Shown: in pieces, positions 20,701-26,681 of the stretch
Layout: every line of letters begins with the position of its first letter
How positions within the stretch are numbered: the first letter of the stretch is position 1
IMG/VR virus record: IMGVR_UViG_3300037586_003044
Span: 1 to 30,940 of that record
Reading direction: 5' to 3' (one strand)
Length of the DNA: 30,940 nucleotides
Origin: a virus
Taxonomy: Duplodnaviria > Caudoviricetes
Notes under the pieces: model-generated
Seen by the model: the letters and a program-made list of their open reading frames with translations, nothing else
Told to the model about the DNA's origin: nothing
The model's database searches: none
Position numbers and translations under genes: made by a program

Positions 20701-21816
20701 TCGTACATCCTCTACGAGGGCATCGTCGACCCATACGGTGTAGACGTCGCGAACCTCGATCCAGAGACGCAGTCTCGGTACTACCTGCTTCGGGCTCAGC
20801 TCGAGGACTACTTCGGCGGCCCCGAGAATGTCGACGACGAAGTACGCAAGGCGATGCACATAATCTTCCGAGGTCGTGACCAGATCTTGGAAGACGGCAA
20901 GTACTACGAGTTGAGCTCTGTCCTTCAACTGGCTCGACGAGAGGAACTCAAGGGAATGAGCTTCCCCGCGCACACGATTCGTCGTCCGTCGAAGTCAGAC
21001 CTCAGTACTTGGATGCGAGATCGAAACGTGATCCTCATTCCCCCGGCTGCGAGTGAGACTGTCCGCAAGTTCCAGGCACTCCTCGACCCAGACGAAGTAG
21101 CCTTCGTGGTAGCTCTTCCCGAGTCCACGATTGCTGCAGGGATGCGTCACATGGTCTATGGAATCGCGGGGATCATGCAACTGGGTATCGGGTTCGTAGG
21201 AGCGCAGGCACTCACACCCGCAGACGAAGCCAAGAGCGCAGTAGAGTACACGTATGGGCCTGCGTTTGAAAACATCATGCTCAACACGTTCCCGGTCAAT
21301 CGAGCCCCTCTGCTTGCACCTCTCTTGTCCATGGCAGGCATGGACCCCGACATTCCTCCCATGCGCGTATCTCCCATCATTGGTGAGATGCTGATCTCCA
21401 CCGGCCAGGTCGCCATAAAGAAAATCCCTGCCGAGATGGACCCCTTCGCCAACATCGAAGACCTGATGAAGAGGAATCCCGCGCTGACTCGAGAACAGGC
21501 CAAGCGTCTCGTGACGACGAGGGAGGCTCGCTACTACGTGGCGCCTGGAGTCGCTTCTCTGATGCTCGATGTAGCGCCTGCGTTGATCGGCCAAGCGCAC
21601 CCACGACTACAGATTCTGGCTGCTGCGAGTGAGATCAACAAGCTGTATCTACAGATGCACGCAACCAAGTTCGAGCAATCGACCGAGGATACAGCCTCCC
21701 AGGTAGCAGAGATTCTGCGGCGCACTGGAATGCTCCAGGTGTACGAGACCAGACCCGGTAAGCTTGCTGGTCGTGAAATACCTCGCAGAAAAAAGAGTTC
21801 AATCAGCCCCCCTTGA
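11776..21816 (+). CDS. Giant polyvalent internal virion / ejection protein (3346 aa)
   Basis: 10-kb uninterrupted ORF. HELIH zincin motif at 14596-14610, GYF_2-like domain at 15259-15405, EEIQSDWHQ domain, degenerate zincin near 17970-18375. C-terminal helical region (ERLGAMI...DALYDY...PFWAFQKN) is typical of large ejection proteins. Confidence 0.8.
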   Translation: MAEPTTETPIRDIPPVSEEVLGKIEESMEPEIDLDVDQLINTTLRARQAAVTSPESARRQEDALSEGKEISYPKSIGAVIPWHAKSLGLSEDDLWRAARKQGVPLDDLVDLVGRKNKTPEEARKIVAARGVTAVMPEDIRHVKEKGKVIREAAAQRTAIREGIDLNTARRRFMPSADEYVISEATGGLMGTEAKGAEDIAQAGEFGHTMALIEESKKAKSTDKDMQDLIELRETLSGDLLGWSKYKDLYVNQRMRNLGLSEHGTEWEKEKSRFEKAALKDLAMMKTAGLWTAPIFVPIGFDEQGRLNLPSAENKSWSQAFMPIVEIVGVNNEGQVVLRQESGLKWFFELMDTPEKLIAGAVTKKETESLLDAMKRAVAERRNLFTTLGESEAAKVGGKWTSIPMGLVGFGASVLTPDLLLGAVAVSKLGSRILKFKGSAKDAAEAASELGKVIKSLSDGDPEALKTAAMLEANLFKDPKYGDTVMRDVDAIGSVLASTANNDDILSVGARALNDLLPSRLQGEWLHAHPASLRVIKTTEEGDVLTRRDRIFGFHTKREKLESAKQALNNPATRAQLLDTAFLKSLKEADYAKGLGEATAAKLKAILVGGPKPGLMADFLTDAEKAKKAIVERLKLKDAKEVVALEKRLDDLAAKAGAFAVDEDNYVAVGKLLSRVEDALDLNIEIRAGAHLMARKLLMDKFNLEYTEIASNIYKKFQHYFEVSPEGHQFSRILQKNFKVSPERADQFARILDARAGMWQRKNGLPKSDWWNTRFRFKEAEATKKPGAPEPPPATPPVAPVSPTAPIVPPQLSGAPPRQALPVVAARELPTGPDGQALKFGSPRARMDGLEPTVLWDHIGGMKKAEDVVEWLTKYGELDVTRELCKRIKGLISKDINFKITSSQRERELLKLDKLGSYDANGIKISGAGWTDTGLTEQTLVHELIHAATSAALQAGKREFKEGGNWARRARAVAYNDLDRLAAEVVEYAKNQLKKPDLPSSQKALFEHIADKSVLGGPRRAEEIIAYTLTDPEFAEALRVIPVEARGVKHALTRFVEIIGDLLGLTKADEQNALAWVIEYSERTFKAAKTRFPKELGEQPLPVRPPEPTLPPVQPTLEPAPPVRPTPPVRPIDEPTPVAVTEAPVAPVVKPLPEAAAVEQGPVLYAWTDGETTVHNLTRSEMAEKVRANTSGFNSVWSPGFDNWKPAEKILDQTKDEVSVLVKAEPEPTAPPVKSTQEPVLNKEGVAVDWTFDGQLPGVDRDAGLKLGERDLTTDPFEWKGVKGETDANHFRTEAYLPDDWNYPGSDNFKVVDDALNNIGDSSAWIERLREKVLTFPDDVSFRLVWRGIDKIVEKAEGSVLEEVKALERLMHGRSRYVIQRIEAGQGPPPLLTQPGARRRYIYEPPLLSIPRKVDEDIPTYYSELEEVIEGLNDVYKAQPATRTRAVSEATPILYTKKSKAVQRGEAKVGDPVIDPTTGKPRLHHTYESVEVPPRSIKEVILEAVRKSATQEEIEWTNIEQFIDDAVAQGKTSITKKEILDHLKNNRVVVDEVLAGVMPPRVRAVQRAVDEAYAPVEPMVRDFIDTMTSKGFLVENTLAHMVKDNPDKIFGAFESSVAGLIRSAKMAAIRAGSKDLSTNAKKVLTLFESGKADLFRNPMGYNRKQRMADINEAYRIVDSTIADAATTGVKLSEADQRFYTSLKEGRVEVDRLKRAAYHAEELKRSDAFMDFESVKGNLDLLVKEQKIPRTKWGTYTLGGYGDEAGSNYREVLITRPMKSQKILDDPDVQRLWYGWNASDTRRSVPDYDEVWDRVWDRYDAHGTSVGDWFKSLRKDEFGSAQGSHWDTPNVLVHIRATDRVDEAGRKILFVEEIQSDWHQKGRQAGYSAEENERLVEKHQDELRRVKDEWDAWDTNEGPRAPHRRWGGEEMSELHAAEPDVGAVQDRLRAAQQGPMPDAPFKDTKAWTALAVKNILRKAADEGYDGVAFTRGDLASGYVSMPEKSAREFYDTILPSVVKNRTKVPLETVTIEGYQVPFVDLTPKVRAKVERPAPLFATPRDEVVEDIIQFESDGRVILEAFEGATFRDAVRGISRVLVRDLEENDIDTLLGWLKTTDPEMASLVRKGTRIVGDTDDITKRAEEILADAFEDYLRSGTAPTANITKAFTALKNYVVGVYAKLSGDSGVRINDDVRSVFNRLLQEPATEEQAFSRLLRNTREEKLREAGDTVDVLREIQKEINRLGGAPRSVNELAKELETTGKLVIDKPIMFNRIGEETGIGIAKDGVVTLTKKDVSKLQQQIYEELVQARNPASLAPAPWTRRGHVTEESAAEIVRSFFQDDIGQGTTLTKLVTYYIFGGDAYANLRVFPPPVRRSIEGATRPVQQAIGDLVTLAKDGDYDNFIKYLTGKSVSFKSGRPVTSSSINYWGDSQDLVKQLFKTLDSKLQARISKGLLYRITREPGLVLAPTDKLDEIASKLVVRFGEDVPVEAVDDMGEILNAFRQSDFGKSILLALHSGGRQDNVKALSIIESLLFHAGITARQGKSASKVDYDDVLGLLREWENPMERFDRVLPAALKTEGKPTAVHGLMMLGGYGAAKKSMDDMVRVGVVVRKEVGEAFTAWQNGMEVSEKIMPEVMEYARRIGLNPVLMEATDLLGKKSYLAPKELLNRVNMALKRLEVGARGRGELKDMQDAGNFFYRFLKIRMTRGAYVPRTRYFIMNTFDHFTQMGMTVGFRPAFASVSRIAAQNLLALPPITGGVHILQKTGVLSPDQFEKIRRGLQKYSDKLSQTISGTKWRIDVNSVLKGDDEVITLAHGGTTKYYNAAELRRIAVEEGIFASFDTRALERVLRQDIDSFFDAAKRTDSKFVQFNDDLLDMTADIAEAWAERERLGAMITLVEAGYDPRTAARLTIDALYDYAGSMSGFDRSWWINMVLPFWAFQKNANKHVFDMMFSPWGAYRMGVIRRAQERGSDALSYILYEGIVDPYGVDVANLDPETQSRYYLLRAQLEDYFGGPENVDDEVRKAMHIIFRGRDQILEDGKYYELSSVLQLARREELKGMSFPAHTIRRPSKSDLSTWMRDRNVILIPPAASETVRKFQALLDPDEVAFVVALPESTIAAGMRHMVYGIAGIMQLGIGFVGAQALTPADEAKSAVEYTYGPAFENIMLNTFPVNRAPLLAPLLSMAGMDPDIPPMRVSPIIGEMLISTGQVAIKKIPAEMDPFANIEDLMKRNPALTREQAKRLVTTREARYYVAPGVASLMLDVAPALIGQAHPRLQILAAASEINKLYLQMHATKFEQSTEDTASQVAEILRRTGMLQVYETRPGKLAGREIPRRKKSSISPP

Positions 21817-21844
21817 TTGGCCTGTGTCAACACAGCGCCTTAAC

Positions 21845-21853
21845 TGATAAGAT
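21845..21853 (+). promoter_or_regulatory. Candidate extended -10 promoter (TGaTAAGAT), preceded by palindrome CTGTGT-CA-ACACAG at 21822-21835
   Basis: Seen in the 61-bp intergenic gap after the giant gene. Confidence 0.4.
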
Positions 21854-21877
21854 AAGCAAGCAGCAGGAGACGATTTC

Positions 21878-22306
21878 ATGTCGAACACTTTCGGAGGCTA
21901 CAGGCGCGCTGGGTTCAGCTACAACAACAGCACGGCCCTCAGCACGACGTACGCGAAGATCGCGCTCACAGCAGATAGCACGAACGCGCCACGCAGCGCG
22001 AACGTACCTCCCTACTGCCGCATTGAGGACATCACCTTCGAGCTCTCGAGCCTCAGTGGACCGCCCGCCACGATCACCTTCTACCTGGCGCGCGATGCGG
22101 CTGGTGACTACCCGCTGACCCCAGAGGGCACATCGACCATCATCGTGGGCGCGACGACTGCCTCTCTGGGAGGCACCGCTGTGGTGATCGGTCGCGACTA
22201 CATGTCCACGGGCGCAGCTCCAGACGTCGCAGACACGCTCTACGCCATCGTCAAGGTATCCAGCGGCACCACCACCGCCAAGATCTACCTGAACTGGAAG
22301 GCATAG
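21878..22306 (+). CDS. Hypothetical small beta-rich virion protein (142 aa)
   Basis: AGGAG RBS, Thr/Ala/Ser-rich, GC-rich codon usage like the core genes. Confidence 0.65.
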   Translation: MSNTFGGYRRAGFSYNNSTALSTTYAKIALTADSTNAPRSANVPPYCRIEDITFELSSLSGPPATITFYLARDAAGDYPLTPEGTSTIIVGATTASLGGTAVVIGRDYMSTGAAPDVADTLYAIVKVSSGTTTAKIYLNWKA

Positions 22307-22310
22307 GCTC

Positions 22311-23171
22311 ATGTCGGTCATGCACTCAGTCTTCGCGGGGGTCGACACGACGGTCTTCACGGATGCGTCTCAGGACTTCTCACGGATTCGGTGGATCGAC
22401 TACCCCCTGGCTGTAAGCGGCTTCAATATCTCGTCACACGTAGATCATATCGGGCACTTTACATACACCAACCCGGATGCAGATACACTGAGAATCACAC
22501 TTTCAGACGATAACCATGGGCACACCCATGGCACAGGAATAATCGCAGACGCCTTGCACATGGTCATCCCGACACCTATTGGCTCTTTTGCTCCTCCCGG
22601 TGTAGCGTCGTACAGTAGCTATAGGACACTGGTAGGCTTCGCTGTTGAGTGGGATTGGGCTCATGCGGACTGCCAAACCATGCAAATCTCATGCGGTTTG
22701 ATCAGAGACAGTGGAGCATCAGTCATCACAGATGTCGATCTTCATCGGTTCTACAGAAAGTCCACGATTCAAACCACTACAGCCCAAACAAAAGTCGAAG
22801 ATATAGGTGTAGATGGGCCGTCTGCTAAGTCAACGAATGTAGCTACCTCGGTAGCAGTATCTGACGATACTATCGGCACGAAGATTATAGTGGGTGCTGG
22901 TGGTCGAACATGGTTCCCAATGAGCTATGACTGGAAGGATGCCAGCTACAACAAGCAAGAGTCCAACTTCGGAGACCTGACCGCTAATCGTGGGTCAGGA
23001 TCATTCAACGCAGGCGAGGCCTGGGATGCTGGCACTGATAGTATAGATGCGGAAAACTACCATTTCTTCCTGGGCTTTGGTGGTAATGGGAATACTGCTG
23101 GTACGGACAACAAAATAGACGTGAAGCGGATCATGTACTTTGTCCACTCAGTCGGGAACTGGTACAAGTGA
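22311..23171 (+). CDS. Hypothetical beta-rich protein, possible receptor-binding module (286 aa)
   Basis: Contiguous ORF in the operon with lower GC than its neighbours. Function is inferred. Confidence 0.55.
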   Translation: MSVMHSVFAGVDTTVFTDASQDFSRIRWIDYPLAVSGFNISSHVDHIGHFTYTNPDADTLRITLSDDNHGHTHGTGIIADALHMVIPTPIGSFAPPGVASYSSYRTLVGFAVEWDWAHADCQTMQISCGLIRDSGASVITDVDLHRFYRKSTIQTTTAQTKVEDIGVDGPSAKSTNVATSVAVSDDTIGTKIIVGAGGRTWFPMSYDWKDASYNKQESNFGDLTANRGSGSFNAGEAWDAGTDSIDAENYHFFLGFGGNGNTAGTDNKIDVKRIMYFVHSVGNWYK

Positions 23172-23443
23172 GCACCCAAGCCATCATCCAGTGTGCCTCC
23201 GAGTCAGCTGCCGCAGCTGCTGCATCTGAAGCATTTGCTGGTGAAATCCTGGGCGTGACCTATACAGGAACTGCTGGAAGTGATGGTGACTTTCTTTGTC
23301 TGGAAAGCAGTGATGCAGAGGTCACTGCAGTAGAAGCAGCTCTGCCAGAAGGTATGGTCCTCTTGTCGATGGGATCAGGATCACATGCCATCCTCCACTG
23401 GGCCAGCCGAGAGGGACGCTTCGCCAAAGCGCTGCTGGGCTGA
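23168..23443 (+). CDS. Hypothetical protein (91 aa, GTG start)
   Basis: GTGA overlap with the previous stop. Confidence 0.6.
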   Translation: MSTQAIIQCASESAAAAAASEAFAGEILGVTYTGTAGSDGDFLCLESSDAEVTAVEAALPEGMVLLSMGSGSHAILHWASREGRFAKALLG

Positions 23444-23463
23444 TGGGTCGATTTACGCCGACA

Positions 23464-23472
23464 TGTTATTCT
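23464..23472 (+). promoter_or_regulatory. Candidate extended -10 promoter (TGtTATTCT)
   Basis: Intergenic, followed by ACTTCGAGAGGT, similar to 1619-1630. Confidence 0.4.
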
Positions 23473-23490
23473 GACTTCGAGAGGTAGACC

Positions 23491-23853
23491 ATGGCCCTGA
23501 CGAACACTCCACTCGACCCTCGGTTCACCGATGTCGTCGTGAAGGACACCCTAGTCAACAACACCGCAGCTGCGAGCGTCACTGGGAGCACGCTGACATT
23601 TCACACCATCCAGGTGACCAATGCCGCGAGTCAGGTCAACTACGTCAAGTTCTACGATGCAATCACGGCAACCGCAACGACGCTTCCCAACATGATCTTC
23701 ATGGTCGTCAACGGAACTACGCGCACAGTCAGCATCTGTGATGGATATTCGTTCGGTACCGCTGTGACCATGCGCTGTGTTCAAGAGGCCGGGCTGGGAG
23801 GCACCACCAGCCCCTCCGGCGGTAACGTACAAGTCATTCTCACTATGAGCTGA
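23491..23853 (+). CDS. Small beta-sandwich virion protein, paralog 1 (120 aa)
   Basis: GAGGT RBS. Aligns with the next gene (GTAVxxxCVxEAGxxGxTSP). Confidence 0.7.
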   Translation: MALTNTPLDPRFTDVVVKDTLVNNTAAASVTGSTLTFHTIQVTNAASQVNYVKFYDAITATATTLPNMIFMVVNGTTRTVSICDGYSFGTAVTMRCVQEAGLGGTTSPSGGNVQVILTMS

Positions 23854-23862
23854 GGTAGCAGC

Positions 23863-24228
23863 ATGGCACACGCCAAGATCACATCCGGAAGTAATCTCAG
23901 TACCTTCGTCATCGACTCTGCGTCAGTGACGGCGACTCCTGAGAACAACGTCCTGGGAACAAGCGGAACGCTGTTCGGCGTCTACATCGACAACACTGCC
24001 AACAGCGCCATCACGTACCTCAGATTGTGGGATGTCGCCTCGCCCACTGTGGGAACTACAGAGCCGAATGAGATCTACCCGTGCCCCGCGTCTGTCGCCC
24101 GCATGTACACGATTGCTGAAGGGACTGCGTACGGAACTGCCGTCAGCTTTGCCTGCGTGAGAGAAGCAGGAAAGATCGGAGCCACGAGCCCGGTCTCCGC
24201 CGTCAAGGTCCGTCTACTCGTTTCATAG
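23863..24228 (+). CDS. Small beta-sandwich virion protein, paralog 2 (121 aa)
   Basis: GAGGT RBS. GTLFGVYIDN...YLRLWD pattern, paralogous to the previous gene. Confidence 0.7.
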   Translation: MAHAKITSGSNLSTFVIDSASVTATPENNVLGTSGTLFGVYIDNTANSAITYLRLWDVASPTVGTTEPNEIYPCPASVARMYTIAEGTAYGTAVSFACVREAGKIGATSPVSAVKVRLLVS

Positions 24229-24237
24229 GAGACACTC

Positions 24238-24453
24238 ATGCCTGAGCGCCTGAAGAGTCGAAAGTTCTGGTTCGCTTTTATCGGAGCCGTCTTGCCCATC
24301 GTGGCACAGTACCTCACCAACGAGGTCGCCCTCGTTGATGCGCTGCAGCTCAGCGCTGCCATCGTCGTCAGCTACATCTGGGGCCAGGGCTACGTGGACG
24401 GGAAGGCTCTCGAGGGAGCTCCTACCGTGGTCGAAGCCGAAGCCTCTGAATGA
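24238..24453 (+). CDS. Putative holin (71 aa, two TM helices)
   Basis: AGGAG RBS. LKSRKFW N-terminus and YIxGQGxVD after TM2 are characteristic of a common small phage holin family. Confidence 0.7.
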   Translation: MPERLKSRKFWFAFIGAVLPIVAQYLTNEVALVDALQLSAAIVVSYIWGQGYVDGKALEGAPTVVEAEASE

Positions 24454-24701
24454 CTGACATGCTATGGGGCGCCATCATTGGCGCAGCGATGGTGGTCGCG
24501 ACGTTCATCGCAGCCTGGATCAAGAGGCCGAGCCCAGAGATCGTGTTCTCTCCGCTCGAAGATGCTGAAGAAACGCACGCGGTCCGCGTCGTAGAGATAG
24601 AGAAGAACCTCGACAACAAGATGGAGATCATCGATGTGGCTGCTACGAGCGACTCGCCGGCTGATGCGTTAGCTGCGTTGGGCAACAAGAGGAAGAGATG
24701 A
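24450..24701 (+). CDS. Membrane-anchored protein, possible i-spanin-like (83 aa)
   Basis: ATGA overlap with the holin. N-terminal TM (LWGAIIGAAMVVATFIAAWI) followed by a helical soluble part. Confidence 0.55.
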   Translation: MTDMLWGAIIGAAMVVATFIAAWIKRPSPEIVFSPLEDAEETHAVRVVEIEKNLDNKMEIIDVAATSDSPADALAALGNKRKR

Positions 24702-25132
24702 ATGCGCTTGCGATCCTCCTATTCCAGACAGCCCTCGCCGAACCACCAGAGCGGCCCAAGTCGCCAGAGCCACTCGAGGGGGAGTGCCCGGGAGCGGTGG
24801 GCTTTACGCACGGCAACGCTGTACCTGGCGGGATTGTCGGTAGTGATGGCCTCGTGCTCTGCAGCGGTGTCCTCTCTCCGCTCAGTGACTACCAAGACCT
24901 ACTCCAGACTGAAGTATGGGCCGAAGCCCTCGACGCCCGTTATCGTCTGGACACGGCATCTCTCGTACTCGAGAGAGACTGGTACCAACAGCAGCTGGAA
25001 CTGATCCAGCAACCGCTACCCCTGCTGGAACGACCGGCTGTTATACTGACCATGGGCATCACCTCGGGGGTTGCAGTGGTTCTCCTATCGGCCTATGCGT
25101 TCGACACAGTCGCCGATGGGGGTACGCCATGA
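24698..25132 (+). CDS. Exported/membrane protein in the lysis cluster (144 aa)
   Basis: ATGA overlap. Short signal peptide (MNALAILLFQTALA), two Cys, a coiled-coil-like stretch and a C-terminal TM. Confidence 0.6.
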   Translation: MNALAILLFQTALAEPPERPKSPEPLEGECPGAVGFTHGNAVPGGIVGSDGLVLCSGVLSPLSDYQDLLQTEVWAEALDARYRLDTASLVLERDWYQQQLELIQQPLPLLERPAVILTMGITSGVAVVLLSAYAFDTVADGGTP

Positions 25133-25308
25133 TTGAGACAGTCCACAAAGTCATGACCGCAGTTCTCACAGCCGCCGTGCTGGGGGGCGCGTCATTCGTG
25201 ATCGACACACGCACCGAGATCGCGCTACTGCAGGCAGAGATCAAGCAGGTCAAGTCGATGAGCGAGCAGATCCTCACGATCATCGAGGCAGCCCACCCAC
25301 GTCAATAG
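25129..25308 (+). CDS. Small membrane protein with coiled coil (59 aa, MIETVHKV...)
   Basis: ATGA overlap places the start at 25129, inside track ORF 24916-25308. Hydrophobic helix then heptad pattern. Confidence 0.65.
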   Translation: MIETVHKVMTAVLTAAVLGGASFVIDTRTEIALLQAEIKQVKSMSEQILTIIEAAHPRQ

Positions 25309-25317
25309 GAGGCCTCC

Positions 25318-25551
25318 ATGACCCTGATTCTTCTCAGCACTCTCGTCATGGCTGCGCCCATAGACGCTGCTCAGCTCCCTACGTCTGTTCAAGAGGCCCA
25401 GGAGTGCAAGGACACCCTGCAGCAGATTCTCGATGCGCTCGAGTCCATCGAAGCTGTCGCCGTGGCGGAGCCTGAGAAGCCTGCTGATACCGCAGAGCCT
25501 ACGCCAGAGAAGTCGACCGCAAGTCCTTCTCTTCTACCAACGAGTAGGTGA
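25318..25551 (+). CDS. Small exported protein (77 aa)
   Basis: Strong AGGAGG RBS and short signal-like N-terminus. The 3' end overlaps the convergent lysin gene. Confidence 0.6.
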   Translation: MTLILLSTLVMAAPIDAAQLPTSVQEAQECKDTLQQILDALESIEAVAVAEPEKPADTAEPTPEKSTASPSLLPTSR

Positions 25552-26299
25552 AGCGTTCGACCCCACTACTCTCGCAGATGTGCATCGCCTCGCCCCAATC
25601 TGTCAGCCGGGCAAAAACCTGGCAGCCGGCGCTCCACTTATCCACTTGCGTGCTGTTGGTGCCTGCGTGGTGGATGTTGATCCCGAACCAGCCTGTGTGC
25701 TCTTCGCCGCCGTAGTCGAGTGTGTTGTCCTTGTTGTTGTCTCTCCAGACAGTAACTGTGCCGCCACGCTGACACAGCGTCCGATAGCGTCCCTGGTGCA
25801 AGGCCCACTGGTACACAGGGTACTGGCCCGGGACGAGAATGGCCGTCCCGTCGACATTGCTCGGGTTCTTGAGCCAGTAGGTGCCGGGGTCCGTGGTGAT
25901 GCGGTAGGTCTTGTGGTTCCAGGCATCACCTGACTTCCAGACCAGGTGCATCTCGTCGTCGAAGGCGTTGGCTTCTTCGCTCTCGAAGCGCACACCGATC
26001 AAGTTCACCTGCCCGTCGTCGAAGACCGTGTAGCCTTTCTCCTTGAGCACTTCGATGATTGCAGGGCTGCGTAGAGACACGAGCTTCAACGGAGTCGTGG
26101 GCGTCTCTCTGAGGTAGGTCTGGGTCATGGGCCCAGCGATGCCGTCTACAGACAGCTTTCTTGCACACTGGAACCGCTTCACAGCGTTCTCTGTGTTCTT
26201 CCCGAACACGCCGTCGACACCGATAGGGCCGAATCCATGCAGGTTCAACTGCTTCTGCAGCCAAAGAACCATGTCTCCAATATCACCTTTGCGCAGCAT
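25499..26299 (-). CDS. Putative endolysin: N-terminal peptidoglycan-binding domain plus YkuD/L,D-transpeptidase-like catalytic domain (266 aa)
   Basis: LRKGDxGxxVxxLQxxL...VDGVFGKNTENAVKRFQ...LSVDGIAGPMT is a PG_binding_1 pattern. GINIHHAG...WSAGCQV gives an H-x15-C motif. Confidence 0.8.
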   Translation of the reverse strand: MLRKGDIGDMVLWLQKQLNLHGFGPIGVDGVFGKNTENAVKRFQCARKLSVDGIAGPMTQTYLRETPTTPLKLVSLRSPAIIEVLKEKGYTVFDDGQVNLIGVRFESEEANAFDDEMHLVWKSGDAWNHKTYRITTDPGTYWLKNPSNVDGTAILVPGQYPVYQWALHQGRYRTLCQRGGTVTVWRDNNKDNTLDYGGEEHTGWFGINIHHAGTNSTQVDKWSAGCQVFARLTDWGEAMHICESSGVERFTYSLVEEKDLRSTSLA

Positions 26300-26318
26300 G
26301 ATTACCCACTAACTCCTT

Positions 26319-26627
26319 CTATTGAGCGATGCGCCCGAGGCGCTCCATACGTTCACTGATGCGAGCACGCTCTCCGGTGTCCACCAACTGAACCAACCAG
26401 TCTGCGTACTTCTGTGGCTCCGTGGCCTTCCCCGAGGGGGCTGCCGCGAAGGCCTCAGCCAGGCCCTTGACGTGACGCAGGGTAGGCTTGCGCGCACCAG
26501 ATTCGACTCGACTGACCTCGGGCTGAGTCAGTCCCGCTCTCCTTGCCAGCTCGGCAACGCTCCAGCTACGAGACTCTCGACTCATACGGATGAGCCTGGA
26601 GAACGCGGTTACGTGCTTGTTAGTCAT
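26319..26627 (-). CDS. XRE-family helix-turn-helix transcriptional regulator (102 aa)
   Basis: IRMSRESRSWSVAELARRAGLTQPEVSRVESGARKPT. GGAGG RBS supports ATG at 26627 rather than 26699. No S24 peptidase domain. Confidence 0.85.
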   Translation of the reverse strand: MTNKHVTAFSRLIRMSRESRSWSVAELARRAGLTQPEVSRVESGARKPTLRHVKGLAEAFAAAPSGKATEPQKYADWLVQLVDTGERARISERMERLGRIAQ

Positions 26628-26643
26628 TTTGACCTCCCAGTAG

Positions 26644-26672
26644 AGCCTATCGTAGAGAAACCACGTCGTCAA
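26644..26672 (-). promoter_or_regulatory. Sigma70-like leftward promoter TTGACG-N17-TAGGCT
   Basis: -35 at 26672-26667 and -10 at 26649-26644, directly upstream of the XRE gene RBS. Confidence 0.7.
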
Positions 26673-26681
26673 GATTCTTAC

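Noticed and set aside
21822-21835. CTGTGT-CA-ACACAG as an intrinsic terminator, or its TTGACA as an antisense promoter
   Set aside because: Short stem with no U-tract, and no -10 at suitable spacing on the minus strand.
24702-25004. Nested +1-frame ORF with hydrophobic run and MASC (Cys at 24855) as an embedded Rz1-like o-spanin
   Set aside because: The Cys is residue 52, there is no standard in-frame start codon at signal-peptide distance, and the mature part is not Pro-rich. It is only worth revisiting if conserved in relatives.
26319-26627. XRE gene as proof of a temperate lifestyle
   Set aside because: No integrase, att site or CI-type peptidase domain in the window, so lifestyle cannot be determined.
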